A stretch of 64,000 nucleotides of DNA from an uncultured delta proteobacterium (GTDB taxonomy: Bacteria; Desulfobacterota; RBG-13-43-22), in NCBI GenBank assembly GCA_963843145.1, contig CAWJJC010000022.1, positions 384,001 to 448,000 on the forward strand, given 5' to 3'. The position numbers were made by a program, and so were the translations under genes. Position 1 is the first letter of the stretch. Each line of letters starts with the position of its first letter. Under the pieces are notes generated by a model that saw only the letters and a program-made list of their open reading frames with translations, did not search any database and was not told the origin of the DNA. Of the stretch, positions 28,349-39,094 are shown piece after piece.

Positions 28349-29206
28349 TTAAGGCAATCCCGGGGCAATGAAAACCTTGCCCCAAGTTCCCTTTCTTAAA
28401 TGATGAAAGGCCTCAACCGCCGCTCTTTTTTCCCTCCAAAGACCAAAAAACGTTGACCCGCTTCCGGTCATCAGGGCGCCGAGGCTTCCCTGAGCCAAAA
28501 GGGCATCTTTGATCCGAGCAAGGTGCGGATAATGGGCCAAGACCGCCTTTTCCAAATCATTTTCCAGAAAATCAGGCCCTAATCCGATCGGGCCTGTTTT
28601 TAAACTTTTAATGTTAGTATATTGTTTTTTTTCTGTCAACGGAATTTTAAGCTCCTGGTAAACCCATCGGGTAGCCAGCGGAAATCCGGGATATATCAGA
28701 ACATACCACCAGACCGGAAAATTCGGCAGCGGTTCCAAAATCTCCCCCCGTCCCCGAGCCAGTGAGGTTTGTCGGGTCAGGAAAAAAGGGATATCGGAAC
28801 CCAGGACACCGGCCAACTCAGTCAAACGTCCGGCTGAAACCGGCCCACCCAGGAAATCGTTTATCCCGGAAAGGATGGCGGCGGCATCACTGCTCCCCCC
28901 TCCCAGACCCGCGCCCAGAGGAATCCGTTTTTTTAAATAAATACGAAAAGATAAACGTTTTTTTCCTTCCTCCTCCAGCAGACGCACCGCCTGCCAAATC
29001 AAGTTTTTCTTCCCTTCCAGGTCGGGGAAACCAGGGCAGCGAATCTCCAGACCCTTGGCGGCCGGTTCGACCCGGATGATATCCCAAAGGCCGATCCGCT
29101 GCATGATGGTTTCAATTTCATGGAAACCGTCAGCCCGTTTCCCTAACACCTTTAAGCGGAGATTGACCTTGGCCGGGGCCTTTAATTGAAATCCAGGGAG
29201 AGACAA
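28349..29206 (-). CDS. ispE: 4-diphosphocytidyl-2-C-methyl-D-erythritol kinase
   Basis: 'APAKVNL', 'KRIPLGAGLGGGSSDAA', 'GSDIPFF', 'NDLE', 'MTGSGS'. Confidence 0.95.
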   Translation of the reverse strand: MSLPGFQLKAPAKVNLRLKVLGKRADGFHEIETIMQRIGLWDIIRVEPAAKGLEIRCPGFPDLEGKKNLIWQAVRLLEEEGKKRLSFRIYLKKRIPLGAGLGGGSSDAAAILSGINDFLGGPVSAGRLTELAGVLGSDIPFFLTRQTSLARGRGEILEPLPNFPVWWYVLIYPGFPLATRWVYQELKIPLTEKKQYTNIKSLKTGPIGLGPDFLENDLEKAVLAHYPHLARIKDALLAQGSLGALMTGSGSTFFGLWREKRAAVEAFHHLRKGTWGKVFIAPGLP

Positions 29207-29252
29207 AGGAGTCCCCTTTTAATCGTTATAATAAAAGGGCGAAGAAGCAATT

Positions 29253-29284
29253 AAAAAGGGGGGCCGGTCTGCCCCCCTTTTTTT
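29253..29284. terminator. Bidirectional-type intrinsic terminator downstream of htrA/degQ
   Basis: aaaaagggggg...cccccctttttt inverted repeat. Confidence 0.75.
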
Positions 29285-29301
29285 AAGAAAATTATTTGAA
29301 T

Positions 29302-30768
29302 CTACTCGGCAATACGGATACTGACAAAGAGGTTGCTATCCCCTCTTTTTATCCGCAGCAACAAGGCGGTTCCTTTCTTTTGCCCGGCCATCAGATTTTC
29401 ATAAGACCTTAAGTCTCTGACCGGCTTGCGGTTAATCTCTTTGATTAAATCACCGGGCTGGATGCCGGCTTCGTCGGCCGGGCCGCCCTCTTTAACCTGG
29501 AGGACGATAACCCCGGGCTCATAATTGAGGCTGTAACGACGGGCCAGTTCCGGAGTGAATTCCTTTACCGATAATCCCAGGCCCTCTTTCGCCGGGCTGG
29601 GGCCGGCCTCCAAAGCTTTATCCTGCAGTTCCTGGATCTGGGCCTTGACCACTAAAGGTTCCCCGTTGCGCAGGACCTTGACGTCCACAGTTTTGCCCAC
29701 CGGGATGGCGGCCACCTGGCGCGGCAGTTCACTCATCTCCTGGATCGCCTTTCCGTTAAACTCGATAATGATATCACCGGCCTTGATCCCGGCCTTTTCC
29801 GCCGGGCTCCCGGAGATCACGTCACCCACCAGGGCCCCGGATTCTTGCTTCAGGTTAAAAGCCTTGGCCAGGTCCGGAGTTATCTTCTGAACATTAACGC
29901 CCAGCCAGCCTCGAACCACTTTACCTTTTTCTTTCAATTGGGATACCAGGTCCTTGGCCGTGTTGATCGGGATGGCGAACCCAATGCCCTGACCGCCGGC
30001 AAAAATGGCCGTGTTGATCCCCACCACTTCCCCTTTCAGGTTGATCAGCGGCCCGCCGCTGTTTCCCGGGTTGATGGAGGCATCGGTCTGAATGAAATTA
30101 TCATAAGGGCCCGCGCCGATCACCCGGCCCTTGGCGCTGACGATCCCGGCGGTAACCGTATTCTCCAAGCCGAAGGGGTTGCCGATGGCCACCACCCAGT
30201 CCCCAACCCGCAGTTCATCCGAATCGCCCAATTTGATGGTGGTAAGTCCTGTCCAGGACTTGATCTTGATCAGGGCCAGGTCGGTTTTGGCATCTCGTCC
30301 CACGACCTTGGCCTCGTAATCTTTATGATCTTTTAATATGACTTTAATTTCATCGGCATCATCGACCACATGATTATTGGTCAGGATGTACCCTTCATTG
30401 TCAATGATGAATCCGGAACCGAGGCTCTTTTGCTTGAACTCCCGCTGGGGCATCTCTCCCCCGAAAAAACGTTCAAAGAATTCATCCATGGGGTTCCGGC
30501 GTTCACCCCGGGGCCCCGAAAAGAATTCGTGTACCTGGCCGCCGCCCTTGACCCGCTTGACGGTGCTGACATTGACCACGGCGGGAGATACTTTCTGGGC
30601 TAATTCGGCAAAGGTGGGAACCCCGCCGACGATGGGGATTTCGCTCTTGGCCGACAGGGGGTAGGTCCAATTGAGATTGGCGGCAATAATCAGTCCGGCG
30701 ATTACGGACAATACCGAAACCCCGGCTAACGTCCAGATATAACGATGTTTGGCAAATGGCTTAGCCAT
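29302..30768 (-). CDS. DegP/DegQ (HtrA) serine protease with two PDZ domains
   Basis: 'GSGFI', 'TNNHV', 'DLAL', 'QTDASINPGNSGGPL', two PDZ domains. Confidence 0.95.
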   Translation of the reverse strand: MAKPFAKHRYIWTLAGVSVLSVIAGLIIAANLNWTYPLSAKSEIPIVGGVPTFAELAQKVSPAVVNVSTVKRVKGGGQVHEFFSGPRGERRNPMDEFFERFFGGEMPQREFKQKSLGSGFIIDNEGYILTNNHVVDDADEIKVILKDHKDYEAKVVGRDAKTDLALIKIKSWTGLTTIKLGDSDELRVGDWVVAIGNPFGLENTVTAGIVSAKGRVIGAGPYDNFIQTDASINPGNSGGPLINLKGEVVGINTAIFAGGQGIGFAIPINTAKDLVSQLKEKGKVVRGWLGVNVQKITPDLAKAFNLKQESGALVGDVISGSPAEKAGIKAGDIIIEFNGKAIQEMSELPRQVAAIPVGKTVDVKVLRNGEPLVVKAQIQELQDKALEAGPSPAKEGLGLSVKEFTPELARRYSLNYEPGVIVLQVKEGGPADEAGIQPGDLIKEINRKPVRDLRSYENLMAGQKKGTALLLRIKRGDSNLFVSIRIAE

Positions 30769-30803
30769 ACGCTGCTTCCTCCTCTGGTACAATTATAATT
30801 TAA

Positions 30804-31193
30804 TTAAGAAGCCCGGATAAAGCACATGCGCAAGTCGTACAACATGCTTTCCAGAAGCTTCTGTTCCTCTTCGTTGAGATTCCCTTTAGATTTTTCCTGA
30901 AGCATGGCCAGGGTATCGATGGCGTGCTTGGCCAGGGGCAAATTCTTCTGGCGCTCTCCAGTGCCCGGATGGGCGATTTCTCCCAAGTGGAAGAGGACCT
31001 CCGTGCTGAGGGAAATGATAAAAGTGGAAAAATTGACTTCCGGTAAAGGGGGATAAGCCTGATCATCTGTTTTTTCTTCCTGGGTCTGGACAGGTTCTTC
31101 CCGGGGTTTTTCTTCCTTAACAGGTTCCTCGTCTTCCTGGGAGAGTTTTCTTCGATCCTTAAAAACGAACCCCTTGTCCTCTGATTCCGTCAT
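30804..31193 (-). CDS. DUF1844 domain protein
   Basis: 'FSTFIISL..LGEIAHP..LAKHAIDTLAMLQEKSKGNL..E..LL..LYDLRM'. Confidence 0.85.
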   Translation of the reverse strand: MTESEDKGFVFKDRRKLSQEDEEPVKEEKPREEPVQTQEEKTDDQAYPPLPEVNFSTFIISLSTEVLFHLGEIAHPGTGERQKNLPLAKHAIDTLAMLQEKSKGNLNEEEQKLLESMLYDLRMCFIRAS

Positions 31194-31363
31194 AGTCCTT
31201 ATTGCCTCCTTTAGTCGGATTTCCATTTATTTGGACTAATGTTAACCATTTCCCGTTATAAAATCAATGCCCCCAAATAATTGACACCGTTAACAGGTTC
31301 GGGTTAAAATGGATTTAAGATCTTAACCCTTTAACATTTAGATAAAAATAGTCGATAAAAAAA

Positions 31364-31585
31364 ATGGGCCCTTTCGCCGGTATAGGAAAGCTACTGATTC
31401 TGATGGGGATTATCCTGATCGTTTTCGGCGGGATTCTTGTTTTTCTCCCTAAAATTCCGTGGTTGGGGAAATTACCCGGTGATTTATTCTTTAAAGGTGA
31501 AAGGGTCAGTTTCTATTTTCCTTTAACCACCTCTATCCTCATCAGCCTGCTGTTAACCCTGCTATTGGCCCTTTTTCGCCGTTGA
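31364..31585 (+). CDS. DUF2905 small membrane protein
   Basis: 'LGKLPGD...FYFPLTTSILIS'; TTGACA-18-TAAAAT upstream at 31281. Confidence 0.88.
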   Translation: MGPFAGIGKLLILMGIILIVFGGILVFLPKIPWLGKLPGDLFFKGERVSFYFPLTTSILISLLLTLLLALFRR

Positions 31586-31593
31586 ACTCCCTT

Positions 31594-32097
31594 TTAATTT
31601 GATTTTTTTGGGGGATATTGCCCATAGCGTTCCACGATACGGCGGATAATCTCCGTGGTGGAGATGCCGCCCAACAGCGCCACCCGGAAAACTCGACCCC
31701 CGTAAGAGCGGACCAACCCAGCCCCGATAATATCGTTCTCCGCCCAATCCGCCCCTTTAACCAGGACATCGGGTTTAATGGCCTCAATCAAGGTCAAAGG
31801 GTCCGGTTCCTCAAAAAAAACTACGTAGGAAACGCAACTCAAGGCGGCCAGCACCTCGGCCCGCTGCTCTTCGGGAATGAGAGGCCGATGAGGATCTTTA
31901 ATCCGGTTGACCGACCGGTCGGTGTTCAGACCCACGATCAGGCAATCTCCCTGGGCGCGGGCCTCGGTCAGGTAGCGGACATGGCCGGCATGGAGCAAAT
32001 CGAAGCAACCGTTGGTAAACACGATTTTCTTCTCTTGGACCTTCAGGGATTCAACCAGGGCGGTTAGTTCGGAACGGGGAATAATTTTTGAGTTCAT
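31594..32097 (-). CDS. rfaE2: D-glycero-beta-D-manno-heptose 1-phosphate adenylyltransferase
   Basis: 'FTNGCFDLLHAGH', 'VKGADW', 'STT'. Confidence 0.92.
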   Translation of the reverse strand: MNSKIIPRSELTALVESLKVQEKKIVFTNGCFDLLHAGHVRYLTEARAQGDCLIVGLNTDRSVNRIKDPHRPLIPEEQRAEVLAALSCVSYVVFFEEPDPLTLIEAIKPDVLVKGADWAENDIIGAGLVRSYGGRVFRVALLGGISTTEIIRRIVERYGQYPPKKSN

Positions 32098-32852
32098 TGG
32101 GCCACTACCCGGGCCAGGGTATAGACCGACACCTGACCCGCCCCGGCTTTCTTGAGCACCCGGGCACACTCGTTGACAGTGGCCCCAGTGGTAAAAACAT
32201 CGTCCACCAATAAAATATTTTTCCCCCGGACACCATCCGGGGCCTTGAGCTCAAAGGCTCCACGGACATTTTGACGTCGCTCATCAGGATTCAACCGGAC
32301 TTGCGGCGGCGTATGGCGGATCCGTTTCAGGATCCCGGGTTTAATTTTCCCCGGGGGAATATCCTCCAGGGCCTTGCTTAGAAGCAAGGCCTGGTTAAAG
32401 CCCCTTTCCCGGAGCCTTTTCGGATGCAAGGGGACCGGGATGAGGTAATCAAAGTCCGGTTTTTCCCATTTCAGCCGATTGCCCAACCAACCCAGAACTT
32501 CAGTTAACAGGTATTCCTTCCGATATTTGAAGCGGTGGATCGCCCCGGTGACCTGACCCTGATAAACGACCACGGCCCGGGCCTGGTCGTAAAAGGGCGG
32601 CCGTCGAAGGCAATCCTCGCACAGATGACTGCTGCCTCCGGCGGGATAAGGCAGTCCGCAACCAGGGCATTGGGGGGCTTCAATCCAGCGGATCTCCCGC
32701 TCACAATCCGGGCAGAGAAAGGCCCGGCGCTGAACGGCCACCGGGGATCGGCAAAAGGAGCAACGGGGGGGATAAATCAGGGCAGTAAATCCATTCCACC
32801 AAGGAGAATTTACCCCAAATGTTCGATCAGGGCCTGCCCAAAACCGGAACAT
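32094..32852 (-). CDS. ComF family amidophosphoribosyltransferase-like protein
   Basis: Double zinc ribbon, '[14 protein letters not shown]', '[11 protein letters not shown]'; the start is uncertain (overlaps icd). Confidence 0.9.
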   Translation of the reverse strand: MFRFWAGPDRTFGVNSPWWNGFTALIYPPRCSFCRSPVAVQRRAFLCPDCEREIRWIEAPQCPGCGLPYPAGGSSHLCEDCLRRPPFYDQARAVVVYQGQVTGAIHRFKYRKEYLLTEVLGWLGNRLKWEKPDFDYLIPVPLHPKRLRERGFNQALLLSKALEDIPPGKIKPGILKRIRHTPPQVRLNPDERRQNVRGAFELKAPDGVRGKNILLVDDVFTTGATVNECARVLKKAGAGQVSVYTLARVVAQ

Positions 32853-33985
32853 GAAACCTCCCGGGCCCCGGTCATCTGTCGGGCCAGGTCGTAGGTGACG
32901 ATCCCTTCGGAAATAGTCTTCTGCAAGCCGTTATAAATCAATTCGGCAGCCTCTACCCAGCCCAGGTGTTCGAGTAATAAGGCCCCGGAGAGGATCAGAG
33001 AACCGGGATTGACTTTATCCTGCCCGGCATACTGGGGAGCTGACCCATGAGTGGCCTCAAAGATGGCGCAGGTATCCCCGATGTTGGCCCCCGGGGCCAT
33101 GCCCAGCCCGCCTACCTGAGCCGCCAAGGCATCGGAAAGGTAGTCTCCGTTCAGGTTCGGGGTGGCGATCACCGAATACTCTTCGGGCCGCAGGAGGACC
33201 TGCTGGAACATCATATCGGCGATTCGATCCTTAATGATCAGCTTGCCTATCCCTTCCGCCTGATCCTGACCCAGCAGCCAATCGGCTTCGGTAATGGTTT
33301 CCGAGGGAAATTCTTCCTTCGCCACTTCATAGCCCCACTGGCAAAAGGCCCCCTCCGTAAACTTCATAATGTTCCCCTTGTGGACCAGGGTCACGCTGGT
33401 TTTTTTGCGGCTCAAGGCATACTGTATGGCTCGACGCACCAACCGCCGGGTCCCGCTGCGGCTGATGGGTTTGATACCGATTCCGGTATCAATCCCCAGT
33501 TTTCTCCCGGTTTTTTCCTTGATCCACTGTATTAACTCCCAGGTCTCAGGGGCCTCGGCCGGCCACTCGAGGCCGGCATAAACATCTTCGGTATTTTCGC
33601 GGAATACAACCATATCTACTAGATCCGGGCGCTTCATGGGGCTGGGAACTCCCTGGAAGTAGCGTACCGGTCGTAAGCAGACATAGAGATCCAGTTCCTG
33701 ACGTAACTGAACGTTGAGACTGCGAAGCCCCTTGCCGACCGGGGTGGTCAAGGGGCCCTTGAGGGCGATTCCATAGTGACGGATAGCCTGCAGGGTTTCC
33801 GACGGGAGCCATTGCCCGGTTTGGGCAAAGGCCTTTTCCCCGGCCAGGACCTCCTGCCAGTCGATAGCCTTTTCGCCCCCGTAGGCCTTCCGGATAGCGG
33901 CCTCCAGCACCGGCCGGGTAGCCTTCCAGATATCCGCGCCGGTGCCGTCACCCTCAATAAAAGGAACCGTGATGGTTGTTGACAT
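32810..33985 (-). CDS. icd: Isocitrate dehydrogenase
   Basis: 'FIEGDGTG', '[14 protein letters not shown]', 'RENTED', 'HKGNIMK', 'NLNGDYLSD', 'EATHGSAP'. Confidence 0.95.
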   Translation of the reverse strand: MSTTITVPFIEGDGTGADIWKATRPVLEAAIRKAYGGEKAIDWQEVLAGEKAFAQTGQWLPSETLQAIRHYGIALKGPLTTPVGKGLRSLNVQLRQELDLYVCLRPVRYFQGVPSPMKRPDLVDMVVFRENTEDVYAGLEWPAEAPETWELIQWIKEKTGRKLGIDTGIGIKPISRSGTRRLVRRAIQYALSRKKTSVTLVHKGNIMKFTEGAFCQWGYEVAKEEFPSETITEADWLLGQDQAEGIGKLIIKDRIADMMFQQVLLRPEEYSVIATPNLNGDYLSDALAAQVGGLGMAPGANIGDTCAIFEATHGSAPQYAGQDKVNPGSLILSGALLLEHLGWVEAAELIYNGLQKTISEGIVTYDLARQMTGAREVSCSGFGQALIEHLG

Positions 33986-33999
33986 GGTCATTTCATTTC

Positions 34000-34202
34000 T
34001 AAATTCGAAATTCGAAGCACGAAATCCGAAACAAACAACAATGTTCAAAATTCAAATGACCGAAACGCTTCCCCTCCCCTAGCGGGAGGGCGTAACTGTT
34101 GGATCCCCCGCTACGGCGGTGCATGCCGTTTCGGAGAACGGTTGTTTTGAATTTCGAATTTTGGTCATTTGAATTTGTTTCGGATTTCGGGTTTCGAGTT
34201 TA
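34000..34202. repeat. Palindromic cgaaa-heptamer element, copy 2
   Basis: Reverse complement shares 'cgaaatccgaaacaaattcaaatgaccaaaattc' and 'gtcatttgaattttgaacattgtt' with 7651-7826; the central loop differs. Confidence 0.8.
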
Positions 34203-34214
34203 ACCCCCAAAGGC

Positions 34215-35408
34215 TTAGGATACCTTAAGAACCAGGGCCGCCCCGGTGTCCCCGGCGGCGCAACCGGCGAAAAGCCCATAGCCACCGCCGATTTTGACCA
34301 GTTCTTCGATCAATTCAACGGTGCAGCGGGCCCCGGTAGGCCCCTGGGGATGTCCGAAAATCAGTGAACTCCCGTAATTGTTAAAGATTTCCCCTGGGAT
34401 TTTCATCAGCCGGGCCATGATGATATCGTTGACCGAGAAGGGGTTGTGGGTTTTGACCGCTGCTAAATCTTTAACCTGGACCCCCGCATTTTTCAGGGCC
34501 ATCTCCGAAGCCGGGGTCACGGCGGCCGCCATATGGGCTTTCTCGGCCCGGTTATAGCCGTAGCTCAAAACCTGGATGGTGATGTTTTTATCCTGGCTTA
34601 AATCCCTGGCCTTTTCCCGGGAGGTCAGGATCAGGCCGGCATTGCCATCAGCCGGGTGGGTTTGGGCGCCGAAGGAAATACAGCCTCCGGGGATGACCGG
34701 TTTCAGCGGGGCCAGCCCTTCGGCGGTATTGGGGGTAATGCCTTCGTCCGCTTCCACCAGGATCGACTTTTTCTTGGAGATCTTTATTTCCACCGGGATC
34801 ATATAGCCTTTTTGGAATTCCCGGTCATTGGCCATACCCATCAGGTATTTCTCATAGAGCCGGACAGCCAAGGCATCCGATTCTTCCTTGGTCACCCCGC
34901 CGTATTTGTTCCCCACGTTCTCGGCCGTTTGCACCATGGGCACTCCGCCATAGGGATCTTTGTTGAAATTATCCATCATCCAGTTTTCACTGATCACTTC
35001 TCCTCCCGGTCCGTTGGGATTGGGCCAGACGGTATGGGGGCCGTTGGAGCAGCGGTCGGTAGTCGCCACTAAAACATTCTGATACATCCCGGTTTCCAGG
35101 CCGGCCGCCGCCGTGTAAATGGACGTGGCGCTGGTGGCGCAAGCCTGGCTGATGGTCGGTCCGCTGATCTGATCATTGCCCATGAGGGCGCAAAACCAGG
35201 GGTTGGCGTAAAACCAGGCCCGCTGGCCGATAGTTATGCCCAGAATACAGCCGTCAAACATTTCGGGAGAATAGCCCCTTATTTCAAGGAATTTTTTGGC
35301 CGTGGCCGCGGCTAATTCAATGGAATTGATATTTTGAAAGGACATCTGCCAGCGGGAAAAGGGCGAAGACCAGTACCCCTTATGGGGGATGAAAGATTTC
35401 TGAAACAT
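34215..35408 (-). CDS. Thiolase family protein (atypical HNPF subfamily)
   Basis: 'QACATS' nucleophile Cys, 'KTHNPF' in place of NEAF, 'GHPQGPTG', 'GCAAGDTG'. Confidence 0.88.
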   Translation of the reverse strand: MFQKSFIPHKGYWSSPFSRWQMSFQNINSIELAAATAKKFLEIRGYSPEMFDGCILGITIGQRAWFYANPWFCALMGNDQISGPTISQACATSATSIYTAAAGLETGMYQNVLVATTDRCSNGPHTVWPNPNGPGGEVISENWMMDNFNKDPYGGVPMVQTAENVGNKYGGVTKEESDALAVRLYEKYLMGMANDREFQKGYMIPVEIKISKKKSILVEADEGITPNTAEGLAPLKPVIPGGCISFGAQTHPADGNAGLILTSREKARDLSQDKNITIQVLSYGYNRAEKAHMAAAVTPASEMALKNAGVQVKDLAAVKTHNPFSVNDIIMARLMKIPGEIFNNYGSSLIFGHPQGPTGARCTVELIEELVKIGGGYGLFAGCAAGDTGAALVLKVS

Positions 35409-35496
35409 GCCTGAGCCTCCTTGGTTTTCGTGTCCGACCCCGATAGTATGCCGGTGGCCGAACACCGAAAACTGATTGAAATAGTTTAGCTATACG

Positions 35497-35544
35497 CTGA
35501 AATACGCGTTTCAGGAGTATAAGAAAGTGCCGCCGAAGTGTCAA
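35497..35544 (-). promoter_or_regulatory. sigma70 promoter of the thiolase gene with an operator-like palindrome over the start site
   Basis: Minus strand TTGACA (35544-35539)-17 nt-TATACT (35521-35516); palindrome CTGAAA-tacgcg-TTTCAG at 35497-35514. Confidence 0.65.
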
Positions 35545-35778
35545 GGGAAAAGGAAGTCCGGGGGGCCTAAAATCCTTGGCCCTTCCGCCCGACCCGGTCG
35601 GGCAAATTACAAAATTGTTGTTTTCTGAGGTAACCTGTGGTAGATCTTTGACGGACTCGATAGATGTCCGGCATCAGCCCGAGTGCGATTTAGCGCCGGG
35701 TCCCACCCGAGGCGGGATGAGGGTGGGACCATTTGAATTCAATTCAAATGGCATCTCGATTGACCAGAGAAAAGGACG

Positions 35779-37347
35779 ATGAAAAACATTTTCCCCCCCC
35801 TAAAAGATTTGGAAAACTCCCATTATGTCCGGGAAATCTATTGCCTCTATGAGATCGCTAAAACCCTGAATGCCACCCTGGATCTGACCAAATCCCTCCA
35901 GGAGACCTTGAGTATTTTATCCAAGTTCCTGGGGATGAGCCGGGCCACGGTCAGTGTGTTGAACCCCCTCTCTTCCGAAATATCCATTGAAATAGCCCAT
36001 GATTTATCCCCTGAAGCCAGGCGCCGGGGCAAGTACCGTTTAGGGGAAGGCATCACCGGTCGGGTGGTTCAAACCGGCGAACCGGCCATCATCCCTCGCA
36101 TCAGCCAGGAACCCCTCTTTCTGAACAAGACCCGTTCCCGGAAGAACCTGGAAAAACAGGACATTTCTTTTATCTGCGTCCCTATCAAAATCGGCAAAAA
36201 AACCATCGGGGCCTTGAGCGTTGACCGATTGTTCGATAACGACATCTCTTTGGATGAGGATTTACGCTTCCTGACCATCATCGGGGCCCTGATCGCCGAG
36301 ACGGTCAACAAACTCCAGCACTTGAACCGGGAAAAAGAAAAACTCATTGATGAAAACCTCCGCCTGCGGAAAGAACTCACCGAGCGCTATCAGGTAGATC
36401 ATATCATCGGCAACAGTCGTCCCATGCGGGAAGTATATGAGATGATCCACAAGGTGGCCCAGAGCAACGCCACCGTCCACCTGCGCGGCGAAAGCGGCAC
36501 CGGCAAGGAACTGGTGGCCAATGCCATCCACTACCAAAGCCTCCGAGCCCATAAACCCTTCATTAAGATCAATTGCGCCGCTCTGCCGGAGACCCTCTTG
36601 GAGAGTGAACTCTTCGGTTATGAAAAAGGCGCCTTCACCGGGGCCACGGCCTTGAAATTGGGCCGCTTTGAACGGGCCCAGGGTGGGACCCTGTTTTTAG
36701 ATGAAATCGGAGACCTGAACCCCAATATCCAGACCAAACTCTTGAGAGTTATCCAGGAAAAAGAAATCGATCGTCTGGGCGGCCGCCAGCCGATACCGGT
36801 TGATGTCCGGATTATCGCCGCTACTCACCAGAATTTGGAAAAGGCCCTGGAAGAGAAACGTTTTCGGGAAGACCTCTATTACCGGCTGAACGTCTTTCCC
36901 ATCTATCTGCCCCCCTTGAGGGAACGACGAACCGACATTCTGCTGCTGGCTGAATTTTTCCTGGAGAAATACACCCAGGAGCACCATAAGAACATCCGAC
37001 GTATTTCGACTCCGGCCATCGACCTCCTGATGCAATATCACTGGCCGGGAAACGTCCGGGAGCTTCAGAACTGCATGGAGCGGGCCGTGCTGATCTGCGA
37101 AGAGGAAGCTATCAAAAGCCACCACCTGCCGGCGACCCTGCAAACGGCGGAGAGTTCCAACACCCAGGCCAGGCTTTCCTTCACTCCGGCGGTGGAGGCC
37201 TTTGAAAAGGAAATGATCATCGAGGCCCTGAAGAAAAGCAACGGGATCAGCTCTCGAGCCGCCCAGGAACTGGGCCTGACCCAACGAATCATGAACTATA
37301 AAATTGATAAATTCGGGATTGAACCCCGAAGGTTTAAGGTCAAGTGA
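35779..37347 (+). CDS. sigma54-dependent activator, GAF-AAA+-HTH (NifA-like architecture)
   Basis: GAF 'GEGITG', 'GESGTGKE', '[13 protein letters not shown]', 'FLDEIG', 'WPGNVREL'. Confidence 0.92.
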   Translation: MKNIFPPLKDLENSHYVREIYCLYEIAKTLNATLDLTKSLQETLSILSKFLGMSRATVSVLNPLSSEISIEIAHDLSPEARRRGKYRLGEGITGRVVQTGEPAIIPRISQEPLFLNKTRSRKNLEKQDISFICVPIKIGKKTIGALSVDRLFDNDISLDEDLRFLTIIGALIAETVNKLQHLNREKEKLIDENLRLRKELTERYQVDHIIGNSRPMREVYEMIHKVAQSNATVHLRGESGTGKELVANAIHYQSLRAHKPFIKINCAALPETLLESELFGYEKGAFTGATALKLGRFERAQGGTLFLDEIGDLNPNIQTKLLRVIQEKEIDRLGGRQPIPVDVRIIAATHQNLEKALEEKRFREDLYYRLNVFPIYLPPLRERRTDILLLAEFFLEKYTQEHHKNIRRISTPAIDLLMQYHWPGNVRELQNCMERAVLICEEEAIKSHHLPATLQTAESSNTQARLSFTPAVEAFEKEMIIEALKKSNGISSRAAQELGLTQRIMNYKIDKFGIEPRRFKVK

Positions 37348-37355
37348 AGGGTTAC

Positions 37356-37688
37356 TTCGCCCTTTTGGGTGGGGAGCCCCAGGGATAATAGATCACCCTG
37401 AATCTAAGCTCGGGCCGTCTGGGTCTCTTGGAAAGGGTTTTCCAAGGGCCATCCGGACTCCGAATCCGGGCCTAAACATTAACTTGATTTAAAGGCAGGC
37501 CCAAAACCGGAGACCTTTAACGCCTTCCCATCTGGCCCTGCCTCCAGGACCGACTTGATAACCCAGGGGCCGGGTTAGAACGACAAAAGAAGTGTGGAAA
37601 ACCCTTTCCAAGAGACCCAGACGGCCACGAAGGCTCAGATTCGGGGTGATCTATTAAATAGATGGCCACCCACCCATAAAGGCGAAAT
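37356..37688. repeat. Long inverted-repeat element (about 90 bp arms, MITE-like)
   Basis: 'ggccgtctgggtctcttggaaagggttttcca' is exactly mirrored by 'tggaaaaccctttccaagagacccagacggcc'; imperfect pairing extends outward; nested hairpins lie inside. Confidence 0.8.
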
Positions 37689-37712
37689 GTTCAATTAAAG
37701 AAAGGAAGTCCT

Positions 37713-38867
37713 ATGAACAATTTTTCATTTGTCGGAGCTGGAGAGATTCATTTCGGCCGGGGCGCCATCCGTCAGTTGCCGGAGTTGGCTAAACGGTACA
37801 GTCGGGATACCGTCCTGGTAACGCTGGATCCTTTTTTTTCCAAAGGATCGTTGAAGGCCGATTTAGCGAAACAATTAAAGGCCGTGGGTCTCCAGCCGGT
37901 CTTTTTTGACAAACTGGAAGCCGAACCGGCCCCCGCTTCGGCCGAGGCCGGCGCCCGCCTGGCCGGGGATAAGAAATGTAAACTGGTCATCGGACTGGGC
38001 GGAGGCAGCGCCCTGGATACGGCTAAGGCTATCGCCGTCCTGGCTACGAACAAAGGGCAGGTCAGCGATTACGTCGGGCTGGACCGCGTACCCAAAGCCG
38101 GGCTGCCGACCATCCTGATCCCCACCTCTGCCGGGACCGGGAGCGAAGTGACTTTCACTGCCGTCTTCACCAACCGGAAGACCAAGACCAAGGGGGGAAT
38201 AAACAGTCGCTTTCTCTTCCCCACCGTAGCCCTGCTGGATCCGGAATTAACCCTGACTCTCCCCCCGCAGATTACCGCCCAGACCGGCATGGATGCCCTG
38301 ACCCACGCCATGGAGGCCTATACCTCCAACAAGGCCAACCCGTTAAGCGACCTGGTGGCTGAAAAGGCGATTGCCCTGATTGGCGGGTCCCTGAAAAAGG
38401 CGGTGCAGAAAGGGAACGATATGCAGGCCCGGGAAAACATGCTTTTAGGCAGCCTGCTGGCCGGGCTGGCCTTGGCCAACGCCGGGGTGACCGCCGTCCA
38501 TGCCATGGCCTATCCCCTGGGGGCTTTTTTCAATATCCCCCACGGCCTGGCCAATGCCGTGCTGCTGCCCTATGTCCTGGAGTTTAACCGCATCGGGCAT
38601 CCCGAGCGTTTCGCCCGCATGGAGGCCCTGCTGGGCGGCTCCGCTCCGGCCGACTCCCCGGAAAAGGGGGCTAAAAAATGCATCCAAAGAGTCACCCGCC
38701 TTTCCCGGGCTATCGGCATCCCCCGGAATTTAGCCGAATTGAAGATTCCCCGCAAGGCCATCCCGGAAATGGCCCCGGCAGCCATGAAAGTCGCCCGTCC
38801 CATCGAAAACAATCGCCGGCCGATCACCGAGGGGGATATCATCGCCCTTTATGAAAAGATGTATTAG
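37713..38867 (+). CDS. Iron-containing alcohol dehydrogenase
   Basis: 'GLGGGSALD', 'PTSAGTGSE', 'DALTHAMEA', 'HAMAY', 'PHG'. Confidence 0.92.
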   Translation: MNNFSFVGAGEIHFGRGAIRQLPELAKRYSRDTVLVTLDPFFSKGSLKADLAKQLKAVGLQPVFFDKLEAEPAPASAEAGARLAGDKKCKLVIGLGGGSALDTAKAIAVLATNKGQVSDYVGLDRVPKAGLPTILIPTSAGTGSEVTFTAVFTNRKTKTKGGINSRFLFPTVALLDPELTLTLPPQITAQTGMDALTHAMEAYTSNKANPLSDLVAEKAIALIGGSLKKAVQKGNDMQARENMLLGSLLAGLALANAGVTAVHAMAYPLGAFFNIPHGLANAVLLPYVLEFNRIGHPERFARMEALLGGSAPADSPEKGAKKCIQRVTRLSRAIGIPRNLAELKIPRKAIPEMAPAAMKVARPIENNRRPITEGDIIALYEKMY

Positions 38868-39094
38868 CCTTTGAAAAGGGGGAATGAATTTCCATGTATG
38901 ATCATAACCTACTGAAACGGATGACTATTATTGTTCTTGACTTGATTTTTCACCATGATAATATTTAAAAAATGGCTAAGTCTGGAAGACGATGTAATAT
39001 GATCTCCTTTATTGAATAGGTTGGCGAAAACCAAAATCTCCTGCCCAAATGACGTCTCATTGGTATTACTGGCGAAGAGGCAACCATAAAAAAG

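Noticed and set aside
35576-35778. Riboswitch upstream of the sigma54 activator
   Set aside because: Two hairpins are present (gcccgac/gtcgggc, ggtcccaccc/gggtgggacc), but I recognise no riboswitch consensus.
35779-37347. NifA implying nitrogen fixation
   Set aside because: The GAF-AAA+-HTH architecture is shared by many activators; there are no nif genes and no clear -24/-12 promoter nearby.
37713-38867. Fe-ADH as KdnB, the partner of kdnA
   Set aside because: It has generic Fe-ADH motifs (DALTHAMEA) rather than the KdnB-type sequence as I recall it, and it is separated from kdnA by unrelated genes. Not fully excluded without an alignment.
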